A program made the position numbers and the translations under genes. From a candidate division WOR-3 bacterium (lineage in GTDB: Bacteria > Hydrothermota > Tepidihabitantia > Tepidihabitantales > Tepidihabitantaceae), in NCBI GenBank assembly GCA_016935775.1, contig JAFGQF010000278.1:1-48325 (forward strand): DNA of 48,325 nt, read 5' to 3'. Of the stretch, positions 33,519 through 43,155 are shown in pieces (the first letter of the stretch is position 1; every line of letters starts with the position of its first letter). The notes under the pieces are model-generated. The model saw only the letters and a program-made list of their open reading frames with translations. It did not search any database and was not told the origin of the DNA.

Positions 33519-35024
33519 CTACCCCCCCAGCACCATCTGCGCATAAGTAAGCGGAATCGTCAGCACCTTGGCGGCGGGGTTGACAATCCAGTCGAGTACC
33601 GGGCGGAAACCCAGGCCGAATGCCAGTGCCAGGGCAGTAAGCATAACCAGCGCCACGAGAATCGGCGCCGGAGCTTCTCGCACGAGGCTGGAATTCCGGT
33701 CCCGGTTCACGAACAGCACGTTGTTGATTACCTTCAGCAAGTAGCCGAGCGTCAGGACGCTGAACAAACCGGCTACGATCGCAGGCCAGTACATCCGTGC
33801 CTCAACCGCGCCCACGATGATGAACAGCTTTGAGAAGAAACCGGCAAACGGCGGAACGCCGCTCATCGACAGTGACCCGAGGACATAGGACCAGGAAGTC
33901 ACCGGCATGTTCCGTTCGAGTCCGCCCAGGTTGCCGATCTCGCGGGTCCCGGTCTGCCGCTCGATAGACCGCGAGGCCAGAAAGAGAAGTCCCTTGGTAA
34001 CTGCGTGGCTCAGAACATGGAACAGGGCACCGACAATCGCCCAGTAGTTGCCGATGCCCAGACCGAGCACGATGTAGCCGACCTGGCTGACCGTTGAGTA
34101 CGCCAGCAGTCGCTTGTAGTCCTTCTGGTTGATTGCCAGCAGCGATGCGGCGATGATCGACAGCAAACCCAGGCCGACCAGCAAATTGAAGAACTGCGGG
34201 GCCACCGACCTCGTCAACCCGAAGACATTGAACACAACCCGGCTCATCGCGTAAACCCCGAGAACCTTGATGAAAACGCCCGAGAGCATTGCCGAAACCG
34301 GCGCGGGCGCCGAGAGGTGTGCGTCGGGCAACCAGGAGTGGAATGGCATCATCGCCATCTTGATGGAGAACCCGACAAGCATCGTAGCCAGGACGAACCA
34401 GGACAACGGCGTCAGTCCACCCGCCTGCAGAACTCGCGCCATGTCGGCCATGTTCAGCGTCGAGGTGTGAGCGTACAGCATCGCCACCGATAGGAGTATC
34501 AGGAGACTGCCGACCTCGCCCATAACCATGTACTTGAAACCGGATTCGAGCTCCTCGGCCCGCGTCCCGAACGCCACCAGCGCGTAGGAAGCGATCGCCG
34601 CGATTTCGATGAAGACAAACATGTTGAACATGTCACCGGACAGGGCGACCCCGTTCAGACCTGCCAACAGCAACATAAACAGGCTGTAGTACTTCCAGCG
34701 GCCGGTGTACTGGTCCAGGTATCGAGTCGAGAACAGCAGGGCCGGGAAACCTACCAAGTTGGTGATCAGAACGACCAGGGCAGTCAGCGAGTCGTAGACC
34801 AGTACGATGCCGACCGGCGGCATCCAACCGCCCATCGCGTAGACGGCGGGGAGTGATCCGCCCGCCAGCGCGGCGACACCGTATACTGCGAAACCAACCA
34901 GCACCGCGCCCACAAGATTACCAACGACGTCGGCCAAGCCTTTCCAGAGCCTCGACAGCAACGGGATCAGGAACGCTCCACAGAGCGGCACGATTATGAA
35001 GAGCGGCAGCATCCTGGTCAGCAC
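33519..35024 (-). CDS. mrpD: MrpD/NuoM-type antiporter-like subunit
   Basis: 501 aa and polytopic, with the Proton_antipo_M core MPFHSWLPDAHLSAPAPVSAMLSGVFIKVLGVY and LLAYSTVSQVGYIVLG. Confidence 0.9.
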   Translation of the reverse strand: MLTRMLPLFIIVPLCGAFLIPLLSRLWKGLADVVGNLVGAVLVGFAVYGVAALAGGSLPAVYAMGGWMPPVGIVLVYDSLTALVVLITNLVGFPALLFSTRYLDQYTGRWKYYSLFMLLLAGLNGVALSGDMFNMFVFIEIAAIASYALVAFGTRAEELESGFKYMVMGEVGSLLILLSVAMLYAHTSTLNMADMARVLQAGGLTPLSWFVLATMLVGFSIKMAMMPFHSWLPDAHLSAPAPVSAMLSGVFIKVLGVYAMSRVVFNVFGLTRSVAPQFFNLLVGLGLLSIIAASLLAINQKDYKRLLAYSTVSQVGYIVLGLGIGNYWAIVGALFHVLSHAVTKGLLFLASRSIERQTGTREIGNLGGLERNMPVTSWSYVLGSLSMSGVPPFAGFFSKLFIIVGAVEARMYWPAIVAGLFSVLTLGYLLKVINNVLFVNRDRNSSLVREAPAPILVALVMLTALALAFGLGFRPVLDWIVNPAAKVLTIPLTYAQMVLGG

Positions 35025-35025
35025 A

Positions 35026-35364
35026 TCATCCCCTTAGGCGCCGAATCTCGGTGATGTCGAACGTGTGGTACTTCTCATAGATGCGCATGGCGAAGGCAAG
35101 CATGAGTGCCGTGGTGGCCAGCCCGATGACAATCGAGGTCAGCACCAACGCCTGCGGCAGCGGGTCCACGAAGTCCTGCGTCATCCCCAGCCTCGTGATG
35201 ATTGGAGCGATCGCGCCCTGCTTGAAGCCGATGAAAGCGAACAGCAGGTTCACAGCGTACTCCATCAGGCTGAACCCGATGATAATCTTGATGATGTTGC
35301 GCTTGAGAACAATTGCGTACAACCCCAAGAGGAAAAGCAACAGGCAGGCGATGAACGGTACCAC
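35026..35364 (-). CDS. mrpC: MrpC/NuoK-like subunit
   Basis: VVPFIACLLLFLLGLYAIVLKRNIIKIIIGFSLMEYAVNLLF... is the MnhC/NuoK pattern. GTG 35364 lies 2 nt after the upstream stop, within ORF 35026..35853. Confidence 0.8.
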   Translation of the reverse strand: MVPFIACLLLFLLGLYAIVLKRNIIKIIIGFSLMEYAVNLLFAFIGFKQGAIAPIITRLGMTQDFVDPLPQALVLTSIVIGLATTALMLAFAMRIYEKYHTFDITEIRRLRG

Positions 35365-35366
35365 GG

Positions 35367-35807
35367 CTAATCCTTCATCACGAAGCGGGAAGCACCGAGC
35401 GCAAGGAAAATGGCGAAGAGCCCGGCCCCGACCTTCATTGCGATCGCTATATTGGCAAGCGGAATCGTGCCGGCACTGAACAGCGTCAGCGGTTCTCCGA
35501 CCTTCGGCCAGAGGTTTGACAGGAACTGGTGCCCGGCAAGGTAACCGGCAAGCCCTATGGCAAGGAAACCCAACCCGCCGAGGCTTTCGAAGACCGACGA
35601 GAAGGTGTAGCGGTGCTGCTCGACGTTTTCGACAGAACCGAAGGCCAGTGACACGAGAATGAAGGCTGCCGCAATCAGCACGCCCCCGGCGAACCCGCCA
35701 CCCGGGGTTAGATGCCCGTGCAGGACAATATAGCAACCGAACAGGAAGAGCATCCCGGCGACGAGCCTCGTCACCGATTGGACGATCACAGTCATTCCCC
35801 GGCTCAT
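35367..35807 (-). CDS. mrpB: MrpB/MnhB subunit
   Basis: LHGHLTPGGGFAGGVLIAAAF is the MnhB signature. ATGA overlap with the upstream gene. Confidence 0.85.
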   Translation of the reverse strand: MSRGMTVIVQSVTRLVAGMLFLFGCYIVLHGHLTPGGGFAGGVLIAAAFILVSLAFGSVENVEQHRYTFSSVFESLGGLGFLAIGLAGYLAGHQFLSNLWPKVGEPLTLFSAGTIPLANIAIAMKVGAGLFAIFLALGASRFVMKD

Positions 35808-36358
35808 GCGTGCTCCTCCCCGGCATCGGCCTTCCGACCGATCTGCCGGACAATCGTCAGTACACCAACCACGGCGGTGAAGAGGACAACCGCCTCGCCG
35901 ATGGTATCGTACGCCCGGAAATCAAGCACTATCGCGGTCACCAGATTGGCGGCGCCGCTCTGATTCAGGCCGACTGCCAGGTAGTTGCCTGCCACCCGCA
36001 TCAACGGGGAACCGAAAACCGGCAACTCGCGCAGGACACTGGTCATGACGGCAACGAACATCAACACGAAAATCCCGTACAGTACCGCCGGCAGAATCAT
36101 CCGCGACGTTATGCGCAACTGGACGGTGCTGTCGTCATGGGTAGTTCGCAGGATAACAGCCGCGAAGAACACGACCGCCAGGATCTCGACGACGATCTGG
36201 ACGATTGCGAGATCTGGAGCCTGGACGAGGATGAACAGGATGGCCACGCTGAACCCGACCATTCCCATCGAAACTGCCGCTGCAAGCAAATCCTTTATCT
36301 CGATAGCGACCACCGCCGCAGCCAACATCGCCACCAGCAGAACGTATAGCTCAATCAT
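35804..36358 (-). CDS. MbhD/MbhE-like (DUF4040 + MnhB-related) membrane subunit
   Basis: An N-terminal DUF4040-like helix bundle is followed by GAANLVTAIVLDFRAYDTIGE, the motif seen at the MrpA C-terminus and in MbhE. Confidence 0.75.
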   Translation of the reverse strand: MIELYVLLVAMLAAAVVAIEIKDLLAAAVSMGMVGFSVAILFILVQAPDLAIVQIVVEILAVVFFAAVILRTTHDDSTVQLRITSRMILPAVLYGIFVLMFVAVMTSVLRELPVFGSPLMRVAGNYLAVGLNQSGAANLVTAIVLDFRAYDTIGEAVVLFTAVVGVLTIVRQIGRKADAGEEHA

Positions 36359-36365
36359 CGTCGCG

Positions 36366-38270
36366 TTACCTGAGCACCAGGATTAGGTAGAACAGCGCCG
36401 CCCCGAAGAACACCCATGAAACGTAGAGCGGAAGCATGCCGGTCATCAGCTTGGAGACACCGGCACCGACGACCAGCACGAATCGGCCGAGGAGCCCGAA
36501 TGCCTTGTCAATTGTCTCGTCCAGCACAACTCGGAGGGCGCTGCCCAGCCCGCCAAGAACCCCACGCACCCAGTTGAACAGGTCGAACGAGCCAGCCTCG
36601 CCGAACCTGAGCAGGTCGCCAAGCACCGGCAGATTCTTGACCGAGGAATAGAAGGCGGTGCCCGTCACCCGGCTCTCCTCGTTGTCTGCGATCCGCTCAC
36701 CGCCGACGAAGGTGCGGCCGGCAACAGGCTTGCGGGCGGTACCAAGCAGGTAAATCACCGCCCCGACGCCAAGTGCAATGAACATCAGCACCGTAACGAG
36801 CTCCGGTTGCCAGATCCCGATCGGGTCGACATCAAACGGCAGGGACGGATAAATCAAGTGACGCAGCGGGAGCCAGTAGGCAAACACGCCGAAGGCAATG
36901 CAGAGCAGTGCCAACGAAATGGTCGGCAACCACATCGTGAAACCGCCCTCGCGAACACGGCTTAGTTCGGCCGGCCGCTGGCCGAAAAAGACCGCGTGCA
37001 GCAGCTTCAGGAACGAGGCCAGTGTTAACACGCTGCCGAGCATCGCCGCCACCAAGAAGACCGGGAAGAGCCGGTTACCCTCGCGGGCGATTTCAACCAC
37101 GCCCTGGTAGACCATCCACTTGGAAACGAAGCCGTTGAGCGGCGGCACGCCGGCGATCGCCATCGCGCAGACCAAGAACGAGAAGAAGGTCAGCGGCATC
37201 TGCCGGGCGAGGCCTCCGAGCTTGTCGATCTCGTCGGTCTTGGTCCAGTGCTCGACCGTGCCGGAGGAAAGGAACAGGCCGGTCTTGTAGATCGAGTTGT
37301 TGAGCATGTGGAAGAGTCCGCCGGCTATGCCAATCGGCGTGCCGGTGCCGATTCCCAGCACCATGTAACCGACCTGCGACACGGCATGGAATGAGAGCAG
37401 CCTCGTTACCCGCTTCTGGACCAGCGCCATTATGACGCCACCGAGGATTGTGACCGCGCCGACCGCCATCAGAACATTGCGCAGCGCCATGTTGCTGGCG
37501 ATGTTGAACATGCTGACCGAGAGCCGGGTCAGCAGGTAAATGCCGAGCAGCTTGTCGATCGAGGCCGGGATCAACGCCATGACCGTCGCTGGGGAGGTCT
37601 CGGATGCCTGCGGTATCCAGCTGTGCAGCGGCATCGATCCGGCCTTGGCCAGCGCGCCGACAGCCACCAGAACGAAGGCCGTGATCATCAACGGGTCATT
37701 GAGCGGCATCGGGGCACGAGGCACGAGGTCGACCCAGCCGTTCTTCACCAATAACAACGCGACGCCCAGCAGCATCGCGAAATCGCTCAGTCCGACGATC
37801 ACCAGAGCCTTGCTTGCCGCCCGCTCTGCGCCCGTACGACCGACGAGCAGGATGCCGTAAAGCAACACCAGCAACAGTCCCCAGAAGAACAGCAGGGTAG
37901 GCAGGTTTGCGGCCAGCAGGACGCCGTTGGCCCCGGCCAGCGCGAGCATCACGTAAAGGAAGTAACCACGCACGCCCGTCCAGCTCTTCATGTAGCGGAA
38001 CGAGAACAGCGTTACAAGGACGCCGAAGGCGGCAACGAACAGCAACACGAACCCGGACAGGGCATCGAGCCTGAAACTGACATTCAGGCCGGTAAACCTG
38101 ACCAGCTCAAAAACCGCCGGGGATCCCCGCGAACTGATGAACAGGCGAACAGCGAAATAGAGGGTGAGAACCGCCCCGATGAAGCTGAACTCGTTCCTCA
38201 ATCGGCCAATCAGCCAACCAAACAGCCCGGCCGCGATTGGAACCAGGACAACCAACAGCAACGGCGTCAT
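36366..38270 (-). CDS. NuoL/MrpA-type antiporter-like subunit (divergent)
   Basis: 634 aa and polytopic. It has the Proton_antipo_M-like core MPLHSWIPQASETSPATVMALIP and LLSFHAVSQVGYMVLG, plus a long C-terminal extension as in NuoL/MrpA. Confidence 0.8.
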   Translation of the reverse strand: MTPLLLVVLVPIAAGLFGWLIGRLRNEFSFIGAVLTLYFAVRLFISSRGSPAVFELVRFTGLNVSFRLDALSGFVLLFVAAFGVLVTLFSFRYMKSWTGVRGYFLYVMLALAGANGVLLAANLPTLLFFWGLLLVLLYGILLVGRTGAERAASKALVIVGLSDFAMLLGVALLLVKNGWVDLVPRAPMPLNDPLMITAFVLVAVGALAKAGSMPLHSWIPQASETSPATVMALIPASIDKLLGIYLLTRLSVSMFNIASNMALRNVLMAVGAVTILGGVIMALVQKRVTRLLSFHAVSQVGYMVLGIGTGTPIGIAGGLFHMLNNSIYKTGLFLSSGTVEHWTKTDEIDKLGGLARQMPLTFFSFLVCAMAIAGVPPLNGFVSKWMVYQGVVEIAREGNRLFPVFLVAAMLGSVLTLASFLKLLHAVFFGQRPAELSRVREGGFTMWLPTISLALLCIAFGVFAYWLPLRHLIYPSLPFDVDPIGIWQPELVTVLMFIALGVGAVIYLLGTARKPVAGRTFVGGERIADNEESRVTGTAFYSSVKNLPVLGDLLRFGEAGSFDLFNWVRGVLGGLGSALRVVLDETIDKAFGLLGRFVLVVGAGVSKLMTGMLPLYVSWVFFGAALFYLILVLR

Positions 38271-38279
38271 CTCATCTCC

Positions 38280-39698
38280 TCAAACACCTGCGACACCCGT
38301 TGTTGCCTCGAGGAAACGTCCGAGGAACGGGAGTATCACTCCCAAGGCAACGGTCGCCGCCGCTAGCAACACGACGATTGCGGTCATCAGACCCGACTCG
38401 CGCCCGACAACTCCGGGACGCGGCTCGCCGAGGAAAATCCTGTAGAGCCTGATCATGTAGAGAGCAGTCATCACGGCGGCGATGAGAGCACCGATTGCAA
38501 TCACGAGATTGCCACGGACCGCGGCCAGAATCACATACAACTTTGCCCAGAAACCAAGAAAAGGAGGGAACCCGATGACCGAAAGCATCAGCACCGCCGT
38601 CGCCGCAGCGGTCACAGGCATCGACTTCGCCAGCCCGCTCAACTCAGCGAGCCGATGCTGCCCGGTCGACCTTTCCACCACTCCCATTGCCATGAACAGC
38701 CCGGCCTTCGCCAGGCAATGAGCGACAATGTATGCAAGTCCGGCCGCCAGGCCGAACGACGAAACAAAGGCGAAACCGATGAAGATGTAACCCAGCTGGC
38801 TGATAGTGGAATAGGCCAGCACGCGCTTGTAGTCACGTGCCTGGAGTGCGCCCCCGGCTGCCAGCAGGGAGCTGACAACCCCCACGCCACCTATCAGCAG
38901 GGGCCACCAGTCCGGCAGCACTATCGGGCTGAGGATAAAGAGCCTGACATAGACGATCAACCCGGCCTTCTCGACAACACCGGAAAGCAGCGCACCGACC
39001 GACAACGGGGCGGCACTCTGGGCATCGGGAACCCAGATGTGCATCGGAACACTGGCCGACTTGGTCAGGATACCCAGCAAGATCAGGAACATCGCCCACG
39101 GACTGATCGTCGGCCCGGTCAACTGGCCCGGGCTGAAGGTCTGGTGCTGGACGAACACGAAGGCGAAGCCAATCAACATCAGGACCGAACCGGCGAAGGT
39201 AATCAGCAGGGCCTTCTGGGCTGCGGCAATCTCCTTCTCCGAACGGTAGAAGGCCACCAACCGCCAGGTCGCAATGCCGGCGAGCTCCCAGAACAGGTAC
39301 ATCGCCAGCAGGTTGCGGGCGAAACAGAGACCAACAATGGCACCCAGCATGACCAACAGGAAACCGAAGTAGTCGTCCTGGAATTCGTGGTCCTTGAGGT
39401 AGCTGGTCGAGTAGAGGGTAGCCAGCAACCACACGAACGCGAAGACGCTCGCCAGCAGCAACCCGACCCCGTCGACGACCATCAGCGGTGACGGAAGCAC
39501 GCGAAGAATGCCCATCTGCCAGAGGGCATGGCTTCCGGACCCGGCCCGGAACCAGAGCATCACGACAAGGACCAGCGTGGTTGCGCTTGCCAGGACTGCG
39601 ATGGTGTTGCGTGCCGCCCTGGGCAAGCGTCGGAACAGGACTAGCAACGAGCCGACAACAATCGGAACCAGAATTGCCGCTGCCAGGAAGGCGCTCAC
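38280..39698 (-). CDS. MbhH/NuoN-type antiporter-like subunit
   Basis: VPMHIWVPDAQSAAPLSVGALLSGVVEKAGL and VLAYSTISQLGYIFIG are present. GTG 39698 overlaps the upstream stop (GTGA), within ORF 38280..39818. Confidence 0.85.
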   Translation of the reverse strand: MSAFLAAAILVPIVVGSLLVLFRRLPRAARNTIAVLASATTLVLVVMLWFRAGSGSHALWQMGILRVLPSPLMVVDGVGLLLASVFAFVWLLATLYSTSYLKDHEFQDDYFGFLLVMLGAIVGLCFARNLLAMYLFWELAGIATWRLVAFYRSEKEIAAAQKALLITFAGSVLMLIGFAFVFVQHQTFSPGQLTGPTISPWAMFLILLGILTKSASVPMHIWVPDAQSAAPLSVGALLSGVVEKAGLIVYVRLFILSPIVLPDWWPLLIGGVGVVSSLLAAGGALQARDYKRVLAYSTISQLGYIFIGFAFVSSFGLAAGLAYIVAHCLAKAGLFMAMGVVERSTGQHRLAELSGLAKSMPVTAAATAVLMLSVIGFPPFLGFWAKLYVILAAVRGNLVIAIGALIAAVMTALYMIRLYRIFLGEPRPGVVGRESGLMTAIVVLLAAATVALGVILPFLGRFLEATTGVAGV

Positions 39699-40876
39699 CG
39701 TCCCATCCTCGCGCGAACACGCTCGGTCTTCTGCCAGGAAAGCTTCAAGAGTTCGTTCCAGGTGTACTTCAGCCGTCCGTCCTCGAACGCCGCCATCCGC
39801 TCGGTGCAGCAGTAGCACGGGTCCACCGCCGCCAGCGTGAGCGCGGCATCAGCGATGGTCCCGCCGACGCAGGCAACCTTGTTGGAAGCGATGTTCATGT
39901 AGCTGGGTGCCCGGACTTTGTGCCGCAGCGGCCGATTGGTCCCGTCGGAACGCATGTAGTGGAAGACTTCGCCGCGCGGGGCCTCGGTCCGGCCACAACC
40001 CTCACCCGGCGGGACCTCCTCGATCCGGGCCTCGATCGGTCCCTCCGGGATACGATCGAGGCACTGCCGGATAATCTTCACCGACTCGATCATCTCCAAC
40101 ATCCGAACCTTGGTCTTGGCAAGCACGTCACCTTCCGGGAAGCAGATCACGTTCCAGTCGACCAAGCCGTAGGCGGCGTGCGGCTCGTCACGTCGGACGT
40201 CCCAGGGAACCCCGGACCCGCGCGAAGTCGGCCCGGTGGTCGAGTATGCCAGGGCCTGCGCCCGGGTCAGGATACCGACCCCCTCGAGCCGCGAGAGAAT
40301 CACCGGGTCATCGAGCACTGCCTTAGTCAACATCCAGACCTTCTTCTCGACCAGGTCCATCGCGTCCCGGATCGGCTTGACCATTTCGGGCCTGAGGTCG
40401 TGCCGAACTCCGCCCGGCTTGTTCATCGCGTAGTGGTTACGGTTGCCGACCAGCATCTCGAACACCTCGAGGACGTGCTCGCGATACTTCCAGGCCCACA
40501 TCCACACCGTGTTGTAGCCGATGAAGTGGCCGGCCAAGCCAACCCAGAGCAGGTGCGAGTGAATCCGCTCGAGTTCGTGGACGATGGTTCGGAGGTACTT
40601 CGCCCGCTCCGGGATCTCGAGGTTGCAGATGTCCTCAACCGCCATCACCGCAGCCATCGGGTGCGAGTTCGAACAGATACCGCAGATCCGCTCGACCAAG
40701 AACGGAACCTGGTCATAGGTCAGCTCTGGCGAGATGAACTCGTGTCCACGGTGGTTGTAGCCGATGTGGATCTCGATGTCCACCACTTTCTCGCCCTCGA
40801 CAACCAGCTTGAAGAACTCCGGTTCTTCCTGCAGAGGATGGTACGGGCCGATCGGGACGATTCGCCTACCGGCCAT
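39695..40876 (-). CDS. Group-4 [NiFe]-hydrogenase large subunit (NuoD/MbhL/HycE-like)
   Basis: The N-terminal Ni-Fe motif ERICGICSNSH and the C-terminal motif DPCYCCTER are both present. The latter is followed by a 33-aa tail. Confidence 0.9.
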   Translation of the reverse strand: MAGRRIVPIGPYHPLQEEPEFFKLVVEGEKVVDIEIHIGYNHRGHEFISPELTYDQVPFLVERICGICSNSHPMAAVMAVEDICNLEIPERAKYLRTIVHELERIHSHLLWVGLAGHFIGYNTVWMWAWKYREHVLEVFEMLVGNRNHYAMNKPGGVRHDLRPEMVKPIRDAMDLVEKKVWMLTKAVLDDPVILSRLEGVGILTRAQALAYSTTGPTSRGSGVPWDVRRDEPHAAYGLVDWNVICFPEGDVLAKTKVRMLEMIESVKIIRQCLDRIPEGPIEARIEEVPPGEGCGRTEAPRGEVFHYMRSDGTNRPLRHKVRAPSYMNIASNKVACVGGTIADAALTLAAVDPCYCCTERMAAFEDGRLKYTWNELLKLSWQKTERVRARMGR

Positions 40877-41318
40877 GCTTCTCCGCCCTTCGTTCGTAGT
40901 CCCGTCGCAGGGGCTTCCAGTCCGGGTTCCAGTCGGTGTCGGAAGTCAGTAGCGGCTGCATGTCCGGGTGACCAGGAAAATCAATGCCCAGCAGTTCGTG
41001 CATCTCCCGCTCGATCCAGTCGGTGGAAGGGAACCACCCGGCCTGCGAGTCAACCTGAGGGTCATCCTTGGGAACAACGACCTTCAGGGTGTAGAGCCCG
41101 CCGCTGTCGTCGTCCGAGAAATGGTAGAGCACCTCGAAGCCCTCGCGGGTATCGATGCCGGTGCAGATGCACAGCCTCATGCCGCGCTCCTGGTGCAGGA
41201 ACCGACAGGCATCGGTCAGCCTCTCACGGGGAACGCGGATGTAAAGCCGGTTCTCATTGTGCCGGTGGTAGTCGGCTTCCGGGAACCGCTCGCGCAGCTT
41301 AGACTCGGCTTCTCTCAT
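40866..41318 (-). CDS. NuoC/MbhK-like subunit
   Basis: 150 aa. ...LCICTGIDTREGFEVLYHF...WIEREMHELLGIDFPGHPD is the NuoC pattern. ATGA overlap with the NuoB-like gene. Confidence 0.85.
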   Translation of the reverse strand: MREAESKLRERFPEADYHRHNENRLYIRVPRERLTDACRFLHQERGMRLCICTGIDTREGFEVLYHFSDDDSGGLYTLKVVVPKDDPQVDSQAGWFPSTDWIEREMHELLGIDFPGHPDMQPLLTSDTDWNPDWKPLRRDYERRAEKHGR

Positions 41319-41731
41319 AGCTTACTCAGCGCCTTCACCACGCCGAGTATCATCGCCTCCGGCTTGGGCGGGCAGCCGGGTATGTAGGCGTGGACCGGCA
41401 GGTGCTTGTCATAGGGACCGACCACGTTGTAGGAATTGCGGAAGATGTGGGTGTTGCACGTGCAGGAACCGATACAGATGACCAGGCACGGCTTCGCGGC
41501 CTGCTCGTAAACCTCGAGCACGCGGGGCAGGCTCTTGCGATTGATCACGCCAGTCACCAGCAGTGCGTCGGCGTGACGGGGCGACCCCACGAGCACGACC
41601 CCGAAGCGCTCCACGTCGTAGCGCGGGGTGAGCAGTTCGAGAATCTCGATGTCGCAGTTGTTGCAGGGCGCGGCCGCCAAGTGATAGACCCACGGCGACT
41701 TCTTCAGGCCCCAGAGTCCGAGTTTGCTCAT
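41315..41731 (-). CDS. Hydrogenase small subunit (NuoB/MbhJ/HycG-like)
   Basis: MSKLGLWG...APCNNCDIE...CIGSCTC...IPGCPPKPE carries the four Cys of the proximal [4Fe-4S]. The ATG lies inside ORF 41315..41884. ATGA overlap. Confidence 0.9.
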   Translation of the reverse strand: MSKLGLWGLKKSPWVYHLAAAPCNNCDIEILELLTPRYDVERFGVVLVGSPRHADALLVTGVINRKSLPRVLEVYEQAAKPCLVICIGSCTCNTHIFRNSYNVVGPYDKHLPVHAYIPGCPPKPEAMILGVVKALSKL

Positions 41732-42690
41732 AGTCTCGCGTATGCCAGAATCACGGCGAGTATACCGAATCCCCCGAGCAGAAGCCAGAAGAACCTCAGT
41801 GCGTGGTCGATACGGAGCCGTGGATTGGTGTTGCGAATCAGGATCACGAGCACGACAATCGCCAGGAACTTGAGAATCGCCCACCAGTCACCGAACCCGC
41901 CCCACAGCACGGTGATCAGGAACAGCGGCAGCAGGAACAGCATCATCGCCCGGGTGATTTTGAACATCGCCAGAGCGACGCCGGAATACTCGGCGTAGAC
42001 GCCGGTCATAATCTCCTGCTCGGCCTCTGCCTGGTCGAACGGCACCAACCCGAGCTTGGCCTGGACAGCCAGCAGCACCAACACGGCGGCAATGACACCG
42101 GAGACCGAGTACAAGAACGGTCCTGCCTGCTGCTGGGCCATCACGATGTGACCGAGCCGGATGGTCCAGATGCCGCCCGAGACCTGGGCGGTCTTGATGA
42201 TCGGCACGACCAACGCCAGCAGGAAGGGAAGCTCGTACCCGAAGTACAGTGTCATCTCCCGCGAGGCACCGACTGCGGACAAGGGGTTTCGGCTGGCCGA
42301 GGCGCCGATGATCAGTCCCAGCGGCGGCAACGCAAAGAGATAGACCAGCACTATCAGGTCGCCGACAAAGGACCCCTGCGGGTTGAGGTTGACGTTGAAC
42401 AGCAGCACGGCGGTGATCGTCATCGAGATCATCCCGAGCATCGGGGCGAGCAGAAAGACCAGACGGGATGCCCCCTCAGGTACGATCGTCTGCTTGAGCA
42501 GCAGCTTGAACAGGTCGGCGAACGGCTGAACGAAAGGCGGCCCCTTGCGGTACTGGACCCGGGCTGTCACTACCCGGTCCACCCAGCTCAGCACGAAGCC
42601 TATAACCACCGAAAAAAGGAATCCGGGGAACACCAGCAGGCTGAAAGCCAGCCGCCAGCCGGTCCAGGCGCCCTGCCAGAACCCGCTCAC
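41728..42690 (-). CDS. NuoH/MbhM/HycD-like membrane subunit
   Basis: RVQYRKGPPFVQPFADLFKLL...ASREMTLYFGYELP...PFDQAEAEQEI..GVYAEYSG is the NuoH signature. The GTG 42690 start gives a GTGA overlap. Confidence 0.9.
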   Translation of the reverse strand: MSGFWQGAWTGWRLAFSLLVFPGFLFSVVIGFVLSWVDRVVTARVQYRKGPPFVQPFADLFKLLLKQTIVPEGASRLVFLLAPMLGMISMTITAVLLFNVNLNPQGSFVGDLIVLVYLFALPPLGLIIGASASRNPLSAVGASREMTLYFGYELPFLLALVVPIIKTAQVSGGIWTIRLGHIVMAQQQAGPFLYSVSGVIAAVLVLLAVQAKLGLVPFDQAEAEQEIMTGVYAEYSGVALAMFKITRAMMLFLLPLFLITVLWGGFGDWWAILKFLAIVVLVILIRNTNPRLRIDHALRFFWLLLGGFGILAVILAYARL

Positions 42691-43154
42691 GGCCGCCTCC
42701 AGTGAACCGACCGGGCGGCGATGCCGACCCCGGTCTTCACTTCCTTGAGCTCCGACTCCTCGACGTACTGCAACGCGCCGGTCGGGCATGATGCCGCGCA
42801 CCGCGGCCCGCCCGCGCGGTCCGAGCAGAGGTTGCACTTCTGCGAGGTGCTGCGCAGCAGGTAGGTGTCCATCACGCCAAACGGACAGGCCAGCACGCAG
42901 GACCGACAGCCGACGCAGTGGAAACTGGAGCGCGAGACGATACCTGTGTCCGGGTCCTTGCGGATGACCTCGAACGGGCAGGCGGCCATGCACAGCGGCT
43001 CAGCACAGTGCCGGCAGGAGAGCGGGAAATATGCATCCGGCGTGACCTCGGCGTAGCGGACCCGCGCCTCGTGTTTGAACCGGCTCTGGCAGGCCGCCTC
43101 GCACGACCGGCAGCCGATGCAGTAGTCCATCCGCAGCACGAGTCGCTTCGCCAT
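42687..43154 (-). CDS. HycB/FdhB-like 4x[4Fe-4S] ferredoxin subunit
   Basis: MAKRLVLRMDYCIGCRSCEAAC...CRHCAEPLCMAACP...CVGCRSCVLACPFG...CNLCSDR...CAASCPTGA matches a HycB-type ferredoxin. Confidence 0.85.
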   Translation of the reverse strand: MAKRLVLRMDYCIGCRSCEAACQSRFKHEARVRYAEVTPDAYFPLSCRHCAEPLCMAACPFEVIRKDPDTGIVSRSSFHCVGCRSCVLACPFGVMDTYLLRSTSQKCNLCSDRAGGPRCAASCPTGALQYVEESELKEVKTGVGIAARSVHWRRP

Positions 43155-43155
43155 C

